NCBI GenBank assembly: GCA_039024825.1
Contig: JBCCPQ010000001.1
Location: 1-60,321, forward strand
Source: Pseudomonadota bacterium
GTDB lineage: Bacteria > Pseudomonadota > Alphaproteobacteria > Rhodobacterales > Rhodobacteraceae
Length of the DNA stretch: 60,321 nucleotides
Direction of reading: 5' to 3'
Below are positions 1 through 9,871 of this stretch, piece by piece. Each line of letters starts with the position of its first letter. Within the stretch, counting starts at the first letter, position 1. Under the pieces are notes generated by a model, which was given only the letters and a program-made list of their open reading frames with translations, had not been told where the DNA came from and searched no databases. The translations under genes were made by a program, and so were the position numbers.

Positions 1-141
1 CAGCGGCCTCACGCCGCCCTCGACGGACAGCCGCCGGACGTGGTCTACCGCGCCGACACGACGATCATGCAACCCGACCAGGAGGCCCGGAGAGTAGCTT
101 AGAAACCGCCAGACCCTGTCCAAGGATCGGGGAGCACTTCA
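1..141 (+). mobile_element. Right end of an IS3-family insertion sequence (transposase C-terminus plus terminal inverted repeat), partial at window edge
   Basis: Frame 1 reads QRPHAALDGQPPDVVY...RRVA* (stop 100-102), matching the RPHxxLxxxxP tail of IS3/rve transposases; followed by CTGTCCAAGGATCGGGGAGCACTTCA ending in CA at 141, typical of IS3 termini. Confidence 0.75.
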
Positions 142-337
142 CGGCAATCGGGTTGAAGCCGAGTGGATTTGGCAAACATTCGCTTCGCTGGACCAAGGCA
201 ACGGGGATTTATCGAAAGATCGGTAACCTCCGCGCGGTGCAGCTGCTTCTTGGCCACGCCAAATCGATAGCATTGTCCGCCACCTCCGAGTTGAGTTAGA
301 ATTTGCTCTGAGTATCGCAGAGCGCATCGACATTTGA
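142..337 (+). pseudogene. Tyrosine recombinase C-terminal remnant, truncated by IS3 and frameshifted
   Basis: Reads AIGLKPSGFGKHSLRWTKATGIYRKIGNLRAVQLLLGHAK / IDSIVRHLRVELEFALSIAERIDI*, collinear with the C-terminus of the 3840-4472 recombinase; catalytic Tyr replaced by His. Confidence 0.85.
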
Positions 338-706
338 CTTAACTTGGCGAGTGGCGGCGCCGCTCGCCAATTCTCAGCGATTGTCCGACTTTGATGCGGT
401 TTCGAATCTTAACGAATCCTCAGCAGATTCTTGGTCTAATACACGACGCCTTTTCGTGTGCAGTTTGAGCACCCGTGCCGATCCTAAATCTAGCTTGTTT
501 AAGCAGGCAACAGCAAAAAAGCGCGGGTCCAGTTTTAGGCAATTCTATGTCAGCGAATGTTCCGTGAGGCGATATCCGCCGCGCAACGACAATAAAGATT
601 CTGCATCTGCAAGTTAATGCTGCGTCAGGAATAGCTGGACCTTTACAAGCCAGCCTTCTGTCCCGCGGTGCGGTCATCTGATATCGCCGAGTTCGGGCAA
701 GAGCAC

Positions 707-774
707 CGAACGGCGGCTTTGCGGGCTGCAAGCGCAGCATCTTGGCCGATCGGTCAACGGCTGGAATGGGCCGT
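707..774 (+). repeat. 68-nt bipartite repeat, copy 1
   Basis: CGAACGGCGGCTTTG...GCTGCAAGCGCAGCAT...AACGGCTGGAATGGGCCGT; same length and end motifs as copies at 3101, 3751 and 9872. Confidence 0.75.
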
Positions 775-793
775 GAGCATCATGATTTTGGTT

Positions 794-1504
794 TCACTCG
801 GTAGCAAAAACGCCGACTTCGACGTTCTCGACTATTCGGCCAGACGGATTGTGCAGGTAGATATCCTGGGGTAACTTGGCTCGAACTAAGGCTTCAACTG
901 CTTCTTGCCCTATAGCACCACTTTCAATTTGGCTTTGGATGCTAGCGAACAAGGCTTTGTATTCGGCACTTCCGTATGTTTCCGGAAGCGTTTCTAGCGT
1001 GATTTCAACCGTTTGGTTCGTACAGGCAATTCCTGGGCCAAGGTCACAGGTTTTTCCTTTCATTCGGGTGATCCATTTTCCAGACCCGATTAGAACTCCT
1101 GCGTACATTAATGATGCGCGAGGTTCTACAACACCGCCATCTCGCAATGCCTCATAGAACATTCGCTGCGTTTGAAACCACCCGCGAACAGGGCGAACTG
1201 ACTTTGAATAGTGATCGTGAAGAACAGCAGCCGGTAGAGCAGCGGGTTCGAACGGGATCCCAACGAACTTTTGCGCCCATCGCGGGATCGATGCGCCATC
1301 AGTCACATCACCTTTATCTGCTTTCCAACCTAAGCCACGGCGGTCAATGTAACCAAAGTCCGCCCCAAGGGTGCAAAGCTCTGTTTCTTCGCAGCCCTTT
1401 GGCTCTAACGATAGATCGCCAATGAATTCTGCCTGAGCGGGGGTTGCTACTGCCGAAACGACAAAAACAAATAGTTGGAGTAACTTAACATTGGGCAAAT
1501 ACAT
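794..1504 (-). CDS. Secreted DUF1353-domain protein
   Basis: Signal peptide (ATPAQA|E), VTDGASIPR and AAVLHDH motifs typical of DUF1353; start placed at ATG 1504. Confidence 0.75.
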   Translation of the reverse strand: MYLPNVKLLQLFVFVVSAVATPAQAEFIGDLSLEPKGCEETELCTLGADFGYIDRRGLGWKADKGDVTDGASIPRWAQKFVGIPFEPAALPAAVLHDHYSKSVRPVRGWFQTQRMFYEALRDGGVVEPRASLMYAGVLIGSGKWITRMKGKTCDLGPGIACTNQTVEITLETLPETYGSAEYKALFASIQSQIESGAIGQEAVEALVRAKLPQDIYLHNPSGRIVENVEVGVFATE

Positions 1505-1607
1505 TCGATTATCCCCCGAGGCCCATTTTGTCTCAACTGTCAAATCATGCCTTTGCTCGAGCTCTGTTGCAACTCTGCGTTTGAAGGCTTGTAGATTTCA
1601 TCGGCCT

Positions 1608-1674
1608 GCAATGATCGCTCCTAATAGGTGCTGCGCGACATGAACCATTGGGACCAGCGGCAGCTGTGGGCCAG
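1608..1674 (+). repeat. Degenerate copy of the bipartite repeat (about 67 nt)
   Basis: AATGATCGCTCC...GCTGCGCGACAT...AGCGGCAGCTGTGGGCCA. Confidence 0.45.
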
Positions 1675-2069
1675 CCTGAACCGAACCAGTTGGCTATCAG
1701 CATGTCTGGACGGCTCCTGCGGTGCAAGAGGATTCTGGCGGCAATACGCACCGGTCGGGTGCATCCATGTGTCCGGCCTGTTCGCGCAGCAAGACATGGC
1801 TGCTGGCCCTGATGAAGTCCGCAGATCGGGTGCCTAATCAGGTCAACGCGCTCGAGGCGCTCTGCTTCCCTCGGTTTGGCCGATCCCTGGTCTGACCGGT
1901 TTGTCATCACCGCTCACAGCATCAGGTCAGTCCAGTCAGCCTTCATTGAAGAGGTAGACGACCGTTAGCCGGGCGCACCGTAGATGTATTTTCTTTAGCG
2001 ACTGAGAATAACCTCAAGTGTATCGGTTGGATCGTCGGTCCAGCGTAAATCGCAACCCATTCCTTTAAT

Positions 2070-2843
2070 CTACGAGACTATAGATTCCAATCTTTCAATT
2101 ACAGGAGGGTCCCCACGCATAGAATGCAACCTGCTGAGGTCATCGGGAAGTATCTCCCCCATAAAACGGAAGTAAGCACTCGGCGGATTAGCTGCGGCCG
2201 TAGCACGAAAGGCAGCTGCGTTTTCTTTCCATCCGTCTTCTTCGGTGAATTGATCGTACCAACGGAAGTGTAGATCAGATCGGAGGCGAACCTGTGGTAG
2301 AGAAAGAGACCTGCCTTCACGCAGTGCAGTCATTGATGTCCAGATCACGGCAATTGGCTCAAAGCGGCGTTCGCAACGATTTAATAGTTCTACATCAAGA
2401 ACCTCGGTCCGCATTTGCTCAAGCCTCCTTTGCAACTCGGCGCTTTCGGTCCTAGCGATGGCCAGACTTTCCTGCGCTTCTCTACGTTCAACACGTGCTG
2501 CGCGGAGATCCTCCCGAAGTTCTTCAAGCGTTTCCTGTGCTGCAATGCGCTCGGTTCTCGCAAGATCAAGATCTGTTCTTAAACCGGCTCTCTCGTCCTC
2601 CGCTGTTTTGAGGTCTTCACGTGCTTGCTCTAATGAAGAGGACAGCGTCCCTCTCTGATCCGCCGCGGCCTGTATTGCATCTTTATCTTGTTTTCGATCC
2701 CAGATCGTGAGTCCGGCAGCAATAAAGGCAACGGCAAGCCCAAGGATCACTGCAAGTGCTCGAGGCCTTCCTTCTGGAAAGACTTCTCGTGCAACTGCGA
2801 CTACAGCGCCGATCAATGTCACAATTGGAAGAAGCCAAACCAT
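2070..2843 (-). CDS. Hypothetical membrane-anchored coiled-coil protein
   Basis: Two N-terminal hydrophobic segments followed by E/R/A/L-rich heptad region; 257 aa. Confidence 0.7.
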   Translation of the reverse strand: MVWLLPIVTLIGAVVAVAREVFPEGRPRALAVILGLAVAFIAAGLTIWDRKQDKDAIQAAADQRGTLSSSLEQAREDLKTAEDERAGLRTDLDLARTERIAAQETLEELREDLRAARVERREAQESLAIARTESAELQRRLEQMRTEVLDVELLNRCERRFEPIAVIWTSMTALREGRSLSLPQVRLRSDLHFRWYDQFTEEDGWKENAAAFRATAAANPPSAYFRFMGEILPDDLSRLHSMRGDPPVIERLESIVS

Positions 2844-3100
2844 GTTCCCTGCGTGCCCGTCCGCTAGACTTGACCTATTGATTCGGTGCTTAAGTATTTC
2901 CCTTGTGTTGGCAGCGTAACGCTAGGGGAGCAACTGGTCGAGACCTGCAATCATGTGGTCAGAAATCTAGGCAAAGATCCATGCGAGCCAGGCTCAGAGG
3001 AAAACGTACTTGAGCTTGGCGGTCTTTAGCAAGTGAATGACATCGCCATAGCTTTGCAGCCGACTTCTGAGCCAACGAACAACCAGTTTTACGCCTGCAG

Positions 3101-3168
3101 CGAATAGCGGCTTTGTCGGGCCGCACAGCGGCATTGAAAGTGATGAGCCAATGGCAGCTAAGGGCCGT
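3101..3168 (+). repeat. 68-nt bipartite repeat, copy 2
   Basis: CGAATAGCGGCTTTGTCGGGCCGCACAGCGGCAT...AATGGCAGCTAAGGGCCGT. Confidence 0.8.
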
Positions 3169-3300
3169 CGATCCCTAGCTATTTGGCCGCATGCCTACGT
3201 CTGGCTAAGATCTCTTGCGATGAACAGACGCCGCAAACTAACTGTGCTATTGTAGGACTGCGGCTCATGACTGGCGGCGTTTTCTGGAGGGAGAAGACGG

Positions 3301-3720
3301 ATGGGACTATCGCTCAATGAGGCAGGCTGGCAAACGGTGTCTGCCGTCCTCTCTTTGCTAATTGCCCTAGCTGCAGCTTGGTTTTCGTGGAGCGGGAATG
3401 CGTATGCTCGAAAAATTGCCGAACAGCAGAGCTATGAGGCGTTTGTCGATACTCGTATTGCTCATTGCACTTCTCTAAGTCAAAGCTAGGCGACCCAGAG
3501 TTGGGCTTACGGCAATGTAGCCGCAGGCCCAGATACCGAATTGGAAGAATTTGCGCACAAGTCTGTTGCGATTGCTCGGGCAGCACGGCTCTGCCGGAAT
3601 GCCCATTCCGATCTCGCAAAGCTGCAGAACTGCGTTGCAACTTTGGTAGACAAACCTGAAGGGCACTTTGTAGACGACGTCGGCGCAGACGGCGTCACTT
3701 ACACCAATCTTGTTTGTTGA
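3301..3720 (+). pseudogene. Small membrane-anchored hypothetical protein with internal stop
   Basis: GGAGG RBS, N-terminal TM helix, TAG at 3487-3489; the frame stays open to TGA 3718-3720. Confidence 0.6.
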
Positions 3721-3750
3721 GGACAGCACGTGCAGCGGATGCAGCTTTGA

Positions 3751-3818
3751 CGATCGTCCGCTCTGGAGAAGCTGCGGTGCAGAAATGACAGTATTGCTGA
3801 AAGGCAGCTATGGGCCGT
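3751..3818 (+). repeat. 68-nt bipartite repeat, copy 3
   Basis: CGATCGTCCGCTCTGGAGAAGCTGCGGTGCAG...AAAGGCAGCTATGGGCCGT, ending 21 nt before the recombinase stop codon. Confidence 0.7.
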
Positions 3819-3839
3819 CCTTGAAGACGGCCCAAGTCT

Positions 3840-4472
3840 CTAGATTTCAATGGCTTCGGCGATAGCCAAAGCATCCTCAAGCTCGACTCCCGGATACCTT
3901 ACAGTACTGTCCATTTTTGTATGACCTAACAAGAGCTGAACAGCGCGAAGGTTGCCTGTTTTCTTATAAATCTGGGTAACCTTGGTTCGTCGCATTGAAT
4001 GTGTACCATACGCGCCTGCTTCAAGACCGATCGATGTAACCCAATCACGGACGATCCTTGCATATTGGCGGGTCGAAATGTGTAGGCGTTCATGAAAGCG
4101 GCCTGGCCAAAGATACTCTGATCCGACCATCAGTTCGTCTTCCATCCATTTCTTGACGGAAGCCCGGGTGCCTTCCGATATCTCAAACCGCACTGGCTTC
4201 TGCGTCTTGCTCTGCAACACTGAAGCGCGTTCCTTGATCTGGCCTGACGCCATCACGTCCACGACTTTCATCTTTACCAAGTCACAGCCGCGAAGCTTGC
4301 TGTCGATCGCCATATTGAACAGTGCGAGGTCACGATGGTTCTCGGCCAATTCGAGCCGCACCCGGATCGCCCAAACATGCTTGGGTTTCAATGGTCGTTT
4401 TTGACCGACGATCCGGCCTTTGTTCCATGCAGGGCGAAGAGCGCGAATGGCTGGTAGGTTTGATGTTTCCAT
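3840..4472 (-). CDS. Short tyrosine recombinase/integrase (essentially catalytic domain only, 210 aa)
   Basis: DSKLRGCDL (R), QSKT (K), HSMRRT (HxxR), LLGH (H), TVRY (Y); GGAGGA RBS before ATG 4472. Confidence 0.93.
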   Translation of the reverse strand: METSNLPAIRALRPAWNKGRIVGQKRPLKPKHVWAIRVRLELAENHRDLALFNMAIDSKLRGCDLVKMKVVDVMASGQIKERASVLQSKTQKPVRFEISEGTRASVKKWMEDELMVGSEYLWPGRFHERLHISTRQYARIVRDWVTSIGLEAGAYGTHSMRRTKVTQIYKKTGNLRAVQLLLGHTKMDSTVRYPGVELEDALAIAEAIEI

Positions 4473-4955
4473 GACTGATCCTCCGATCCGCCATGCCCTC
4501 CACCACGACAACCCGACGTTGACACGGACACCATAACACAAGATGCAGCGCCGGCTCCGAGGTCGCAAAGGGGCCCGATCCCGCCTTTGCTCCGAGCCGC
4601 GCGTGGCGCTCGAAGGGCAAGCGAGTTTAGCGTTTCCATCACTCATCATTCTATGCGCCAAGTTTTAGGCCAAAGACATTACCACGGCGACCAGTAAACC
4701 ATACTGCAGGGTGCCGAACTGACCTATTGGAGCATGTGAATGAGAGATATAGATGTTGCGCACTGCACAATTGGCCGCCTAGCGATAGCTTTCGGCATTG
4801 GAGCATCCACGGAGAGATCAACGCCGCCTTTGGCGTGAGTTCGTAGCACAGGACTTTCAAGCCTCATCGTGCCATTCTCTTCATGCAAGTGACGTGGATC
4901 GCCGAAGAGTTCTCGATGCGGAAGCCAGGACGTGCCTTGGATACGCAGTCTCGCT

Positions 4956-5774
4956 TTACTGGAGTTGCTTGCGCAGAACGTTGCTCATGGCGTCAACGAT
5001 GGTCACAGTTGCAAGGATCACAATGAGAACGGCCGAAACCTGCGGATAGTCGAGAAGACGCAAAGATCCCACCAATTCCGTTCCAATGCCGCCTGCGCCG
5101 ACCATACCCATCACTGTGGAGGCACGGAAATTGTATTCCCAGCGGTACATTGTAACGTCGGCAAATTGCGGAAAGACCTGTGGCATGACCCCATGAGTGA
5201 TGATTTGCAAAGGTGTGGCACCCGTGGCTTCGGCGGCTTCAATTGGGGCCGGATGGGCGTGTTCGATGGCTTCCGCAAAGAACTTTCCGACCATTCCGAC
5301 GGAGTGTAGACCGAGTGCCAGAACGCCCGGGAGCATCCCAAAGCCCACGGCAGCCACGAAGATGATGCCCATGATGAGCTCAGGGATCGAACGCAGTGTA
5401 TTCAGGATCAGCCGGGCCGTCTGGTAAGCCCATTTGTTGGGCGTCGTGTTGCGCGCGGCGAGAAAGCCCAGGGGAATGGAAAAGAGCACGGCCAGAGCAG
5501 TACCGGCGACAGACATCGCCAGCGTTTCGACCATTGGCATTACCCATTGGCGCCAGCGCGCGAAATCTGGCGGCACCATTTCAGAAAACAACGTGCCGAT
5601 GGCAGGTAAGCCTTCGGCGAGCCGCCCGCCATCCAGCATGCCTGTCAGCCACAGGCACGCGAGGACAATCAAGGCGACGCCGCCGACTTGGAGGAGAAGC
5701 CGCCTTTGCTCAAGACGATCTGCCAAGAGGATGTCCTCTACACTTCTTCGGCTGTGATCTTGCACGTGAGCCAT
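4956..5774 (-). CDS. ptxC: Phosphite/phosphonate ABC transporter permease (PtxC/PhnE family)
   Basis: RSIPELI, EAAEATGAT (EAA loop), YRWEYNFRASTVMGMVGAGGIG PhnE motifs; adjacent to ptxD. Confidence 0.9.
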   Translation of the reverse strand: MAHVQDHSRRSVEDILLADRLEQRRLLLQVGGVALIVLACLWLTGMLDGGRLAEGLPAIGTLFSEMVPPDFARWRQWVMPMVETLAMSVAGTALAVLFSIPLGFLAARNTTPNKWAYQTARLILNTLRSIPELIMGIIFVAAVGFGMLPGVLALGLHSVGMVGKFFAEAIEHAHPAPIEAAEATGATPLQIITHGVMPQVFPQFADVTMYRWEYNFRASTVMGMVGAGGIGTELVGSLRLLDYPQVSAVLIVILATVTIVDAMSNVLRKQLQ

Positions 5775-5799
5775 GGCAGCGTCTCCTCAGGGTTTCAGA

Positions 5800-6684
5800 T
5801 CAGTTCTGAACGTTTTCGCGGATCGCGCGGATGATGTCGTAATCTGCATCCGTGATCGCCGCAAAACCATCGGCTTTGAAGGGTTTAAGCACGCCGTCGC
5901 CAGCTTCTGTGCCGGGCTCCAGCTGCAAGAACGCATCTCGAATGCTGCTTTGCAGCTCCGCGGTCATGTCTGTGCGCATCACCCAAGGGTATTGCGGGAT
6001 GTCGGCAGAATAGCCGAGTACAACGACTTTCTCCGGATCGACCGTCCCACGCTCAACCAGTCGTTCAAAGATCGGGCGGCTCAGACCACCGACTTGCGCA
6101 TTGCCCAGCTCCACGTTCCGCGCCACGGCGTCATGGGCGCCGGTGAAATTCTCTTTGTAGTCCTCGCCCGTCATCACGCCTTCCAGCATCAGCGTATACT
6201 TCGGTGCGAAATGGCTGGAGGTGGAGGCTTGGTCGCCAAAAGCCACATCAATGCCAGAGCCTTTGATCTCGTCGATTGACGTGATGCCAGCCTCTTTGTT
6301 GGCGATGAGGACGGATTGGTACGTTGTGCTGCCGCCGCTGATGCGGGCGGCGAAGGGTTCAATGTCAAGATCACCGCCGACCATCCGGTCTTTGGCAATG
6401 GTGTAGGACGCAGGACCAAAGTAAGCGACGTCAATCCGTCCAAAGCGCATGGCCTCGATCATGGAGGAGTAATCCGTGGTCACGATCAGCTCGATGTCCT
6501 TGCCCAGCGTATCTTCCAGATGCGCCGCAAGCGGTTCATTGTCTTGGATGACGGTCGCAGCGTTTTCGTCTGGCAGAAGCGCCACACGCAGCGTGTCCGG
6601 ATCATGCTCTCCGGCGGCAAGAGCGGCCCCAATGCTCAGCGCGGCCGCCCCAAGAAGGGATCCCAAAGTGGCAGTCAGTCTCAT
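5800..6684 (-). CDS. ptxB: Phosphite ABC transporter substrate-binding protein (PtxB/PhnD family)
   Basis: Signal peptide; ALLPDEN, TTDYSSMIEAMRFG, STSSH, GAHDAVA and PQYPW motifs resembling PtxB. Confidence 0.88.
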   Translation of the reverse strand: MRLTATLGSLLGAAALSIGAALAAGEHDPDTLRVALLPDENAATVIQDNEPLAAHLEDTLGKDIELIVTTDYSSMIEAMRFGRIDVAYFGPASYTIAKDRMVGGDLDIEPFAARISGGSTTYQSVLIANKEAGITSIDEIKGSGIDVAFGDQASTSSHFAPKYTLMLEGVMTGEDYKENFTGAHDAVARNVELGNAQVGGLSRPIFERLVERGTVDPEKVVVLGYSADIPQYPWVMRTDMTAELQSSIRDAFLQLEPGTEAGDGVLKPFKADGFAAITDADYDIIRAIRENVQN

Positions 6685-6720
6685 CTTTCTTTCTCCTGAA
6701 GGTTTGAGGGGGATGTCGGT

Positions 6721-7545
6721 CTAAATCGGGTCTTTTCCTGTCGCGCCGTAGATGCGTGTGAGTATGTCGTCGGTGAGCTCACTTGGCGGCCCATCAAAGA
6801 CAATCTTTCCACCTGCCAACCCAACGATCCGATCGGCAAACTCTTTGGCATAGTCCAGTTGATGCAGGCTAACGATGGCCGGGATTTCATCTTCGATGCT
6901 GATCCGCCGCAGCACGTTCAACACGCGTTTTGAAGAGGCCGGATCGAGCGAGGCGACGGGCTCATCAGCCAGGATAAGTTTCGGTTCCTGGGCCAGGGCG
7001 CGAGCAATGCCCACTCGCTGTTGCTGCCCACCTGAGAGACTGTCGCACCGCGTCAACGCTTTGTCGAAAAGGCCGACGCGCTCCAGGCAGGCCAGCGCCA
7101 AACGACGCTCGGCGTCTGAAAAGCCAAACAAGGTCCGCCAGAACGAATGTCGCCCGAGCCGTGACATCAGCACATTGTGCAACGCGCTCATGCGGCCGAT
7201 AAGCTGGTGCTGCTGGAAAATCATCGCGGTATCGCGGCGGTGCGCGCGAATTTTGGATGTCTCGGACAAGGCGCCAAGCGTCCGCGATTTGATCGCGCCC
7301 GTCGACGGCCGCACGAGAAGATTGAGCGTGCGCAGCAAGGTGGATTTGCCCGCCCCGGACGGACCCAGAAGCACCGTCAGCTCGCCATCGGCAAAGCCGA
7401 TGCTGGTCTCCTGCAAAGCCACAGTGCCATTTGGGTAGACAACGCTTGCGCGGTCCACGCTCAGGAGCGTTTCACAATCACCTCTTGTGTCGCTCTCGAT
7501 CGGCGGCCCATCTAGTCCGCCCTGATGAGATGATTCCCCACGCAT
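6721..7545 (-). CDS. ptxA: Phosphite/phosphonate ABC transporter ATP-binding protein (PtxA/PhnC family)
   Basis: [32 protein letters not shown]; start set at ATG 7545 because the longer ORF overlaps ptxD. Confidence 0.9.
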   Translation of the reverse strand: MRGESSHQGGLDGPPIESDTRGDCETLLSVDRASVVYPNGTVALQETSIGFADGELTVLLGPSGAGKSTLLRTLNLLVRPSTGAIKSRTLGALSETSKIRAHRRDTAMIFQQHQLIGRMSALHNVLMSRLGRHSFWRTLFGFSDAERRLALACLERVGLFDKALTRCDSLSGGQQQRVGIARALAQEPKLILADEPVASLDPASSKRVLNVLRRISIEDEIPAIVSLHQLDYAKEFADRIVGLAGGKIVFDGPPSELTDDILTRIYGATGKDPI

Positions 7546-7567
7546 GCAGTGAAGATACGGGATCATG

Positions 7568-7585
7568 GCAACAGATTTATTACAT
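7568..7585 (-). promoter_or_regulatory. Putative Pho box for ptxABC
   Basis: Minus strand ATGTAATAAATCTGTTGC matches 14/18 of CTGTCATAAATCTGTCAC; TATCTT -10-like hexamer 10 nt downstream. Confidence 0.65.
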
Positions 7586-7639
7586 ATTGCGATTGAAATA
7601 TTGGATTGATATCTAAACGCTATTGCGGGGGGAGGGCGC

Positions 7640-8653
7640 TTGATGACCCAGAAGATCGTGGTTCCCAATTGGATCGAAGGCCAGACGCTGGATCTCTTGA
7701 GGGCCGTCGGCGCTGTTGTGTCCAACACCTCGCGCGACCCGATGTCGCCTGAGGACCTGCGATCCGAATGCCGGGATGCCACCGCCTTGATGGCCTTTAT
7801 GACCGAAGCCATCGATGCGTCGTTTCTCGACGCCTGCCCCCGTCTCAGGATCGTTGCGGGCGCGCTGAAAGGGTTTGACAATATCGATGTCGAGGCGTGC
7901 TCTGCGCGCGGTGTCGTTGTCAGCATCGTTCCGGATCTTTTGACGGAGCCGACGGCTGAATTGGCCCTTGGCCTCATGATTGCCCTCGCACGCAACCTGC
8001 GGGACGGCGACGCCCACGTGCGCTCGGGTGCCTATGCAGGGTGGCGCTCACGCTTTTATGGCGGCAGCCTTCAAGGCGCGACGGTCGGCGTGATCGGAGC
8101 AGGCGCGGTTGGCCGCGAGATTTTGCGGCTTCTCTCGGGCTTTCGTGGCACGCGTCTGTATTACGATACACGGCCGTTAGACCCGACGACGGAAAAGGCC
8201 TTGGTGACTCAGTTTGCGCCGATGGACGCTATTGTCGCGCAATCGGATTTTGTTGTGTTGGCTTTGCCGCTCACCTCAGCCACGCTGGGGCTGGTTGACG
8301 CCGCATTCCTGTCGCGCATGAAACCCGGCGCGCGGCTGATCAATCCTGCGCGCGGCAGCCTTGTTGATGAGGCCGCGGTGGTGGCCGCCCTCGAAAGCGA
8401 GCATCTGAGCGGCTATGCGACCGATGTCTACGAAATGGAGGATTGGGCCCGCGCCGGGCGCCCACGCGAGGTTCACTCTGGTCTTTTGACCTCGGACAGA
8501 ACCGTCCTGACGCCGCATATCGGGTCGGCTGTGGTGGAGGTTCGCCGAGAGATCGCCGCCTCTGCGGCCCAGAGCATCATCACGATGCTAAAGGGTGATA
8601 TCCCTGCGACAGCGATTAATACCGCGCAGCTCAATGAGGCCGCCTCATGCTGA
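7640..8653 (+). CDS. ptxD: NAD-dependent phosphite dehydrogenase
   Basis: GALKGFDN, PDLLTEPTAEL, WRSRFYG, GAGAVG, NPARGS (R), DVYEMEDWAR (E), TPHIGSAV (H): PtxD-type signatures. Confidence 0.92.
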   Translation: MMTQKIVVPNWIEGQTLDLLRAVGAVVSNTSRDPMSPEDLRSECRDATALMAFMTEAIDASFLDACPRLRIVAGALKGFDNIDVEACSARGVVVSIVPDLLTEPTAELALGLMIALARNLRDGDAHVRSGAYAGWRSRFYGGSLQGATVGVIGAGAVGREILRLLSGFRGTRLYYDTRPLDPTTEKALVTQFAPMDAIVAQSDFVVLALPLTSATLGLVDAAFLSRMKPGARLINPARGSLVDEAAVVAALESEHLSGYATDVYEMEDWARAGRPREVHSGLLTSDRTVLTPHIGSAVVEVRREIAASAAQSIITMLKGDIPATAINTAQLNEAASC

Positions 8654-9522
8654 ACCTGAGTTTCGTCCGAAGCTTTGTGGGCCTTGTCGAGACCGGCAGC
8701 TTCCAAAAAGCAGCGCAAAGGCTCAACATCGCGCAGCCCACCCTCTCGCAGCATCTGCGCAAGCTCGAAGACCAACTTGGCGTCCAGTTGATTGAAAGAA
8801 GTCACGCAGGCAGCCGTCCGACCCCCCAGGGTGAGCGGTTCCTGGGCCATGCCCGTCAGCTTCTGTCCAATGCCGTCCGCGCCGCGCAAAGCGTGCAAGA
8901 CGAACATCTGACCATCGGCTGCAGTGGCAATATCGCCAGCTACTTTATGACCACGGCGTTCAAAACGTTTTTGGATGAATCAAACTGGTCAGGAACGTGG
9001 AACATCCAATCGGCCCCCAATCCCCAGATCGCCGACATGCTCTTGGCGCAAAGCATCGATCTGGCGGCAATGGAATGGCCTTTATCGCACCCTGATGTGG
9101 TGACGCATTTTTGGCGCACAGCAGACATGACCGTTATTCTCCCACCAGATCATGCATACGCGGGCCGAGATGAAATCTCTGTAGAAGAGTTCCTAAGCCT
9201 GGAGGTGATTGGCGGTGAGCCGGGTTCTGGCACCGGCACCTTGCTCAGAGAAACACTTGGCGCAGGCGCCGACAGACTGAAGGTGCGTGCCAATGTTGGT
9301 TCGACTGAGGCCGTGAAACGCGCGGTCGCGGCGGGCATCGGCGCCTCAATCGTTCTGACCGAGGCGGTGCGAGCCGATGTCGCGGGTGGTCGTCTGGCAC
9401 GCATCCGTCTTGCTGATACCACCATGAACAAGACGTTTTATCTGGCCCATCATAAGTCCACAAAGGATTTCGAAATCGCCGCTAAAGTCGCCGCATTTCT
9501 AGCTCCTCCAAAGAGGCGCTAG
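8647..9522 (+). CDS. ptxE: LysR-family regulator (PtxE-like)
   Basis: N-terminal LysR HTH (GSFQKAAQRLNIAQPTLSQHLRKLE), GGEPGSGTG, STEAVKRAV; overlaps the ptxD stop. Confidence 0.88.
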   Translation: MLNLSFVRSFVGLVETGSFQKAAQRLNIAQPTLSQHLRKLEDQLGVQLIERSHAGSRPTPQGERFLGHARQLLSNAVRAAQSVQDEHLTIGCSGNIASYFMTTAFKTFLDESNWSGTWNIQSAPNPQIADMLLAQSIDLAAMEWPLSHPDVVTHFWRTADMTVILPPDHAYAGRDEISVEEFLSLEVIGGEPGSGTGTLLRETLGAGADRLKVRANVGSTEAVKRAVAAGIGASIVLTEAVRADVAGGRLARIRLADTTMNKTFYLAHHKSTKDFEIAAKVAAFLAPPKRR

Positions 9523-9871
9523 CCTTCGAAAGGCTGTGCCGTAAGCCATGCTTTTCAAGTCTTGTTTGGCCAATCAATCACACCTTATTCGCACCCTAAC
9601 CCATTCGGACGCGTAAACGCGTCCGTCAGGCAATCCTGATCGAAAAAAAGATTAAAATGTGGTTTTCACTATCGTAGAAGACGCTTGCGAAATTCAGCTT
9701 TCTGACAACCACTTTAATTCATGGTCCGACGTTGAAGGTCCGCTTTAATGAACTTGCTGTTCTTAGCTGTCCTCATGAAGCACACAGTGCGGGCACCCCT
9801 TTCTGAGATGTGCAACTGCGGCTCGGTTCCACGTTAAATAAGCTCGGATGTCTCCAGAAATGCGCTCGCGG

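Noticed and set aside
7546-7995. N-terminal extension of the ABC ATPase (424-aa ORF)
   Set aside because: Overlaps ptxD antisense and the Pho-box promoter; not protein-like
9606-9625. Perfect 9-bp inverted repeat CGGACGCGT-AA-ACGCGTCCG after ptxE
   Set aside because: Real but single, with no adjacent U-tract; no function can be supported
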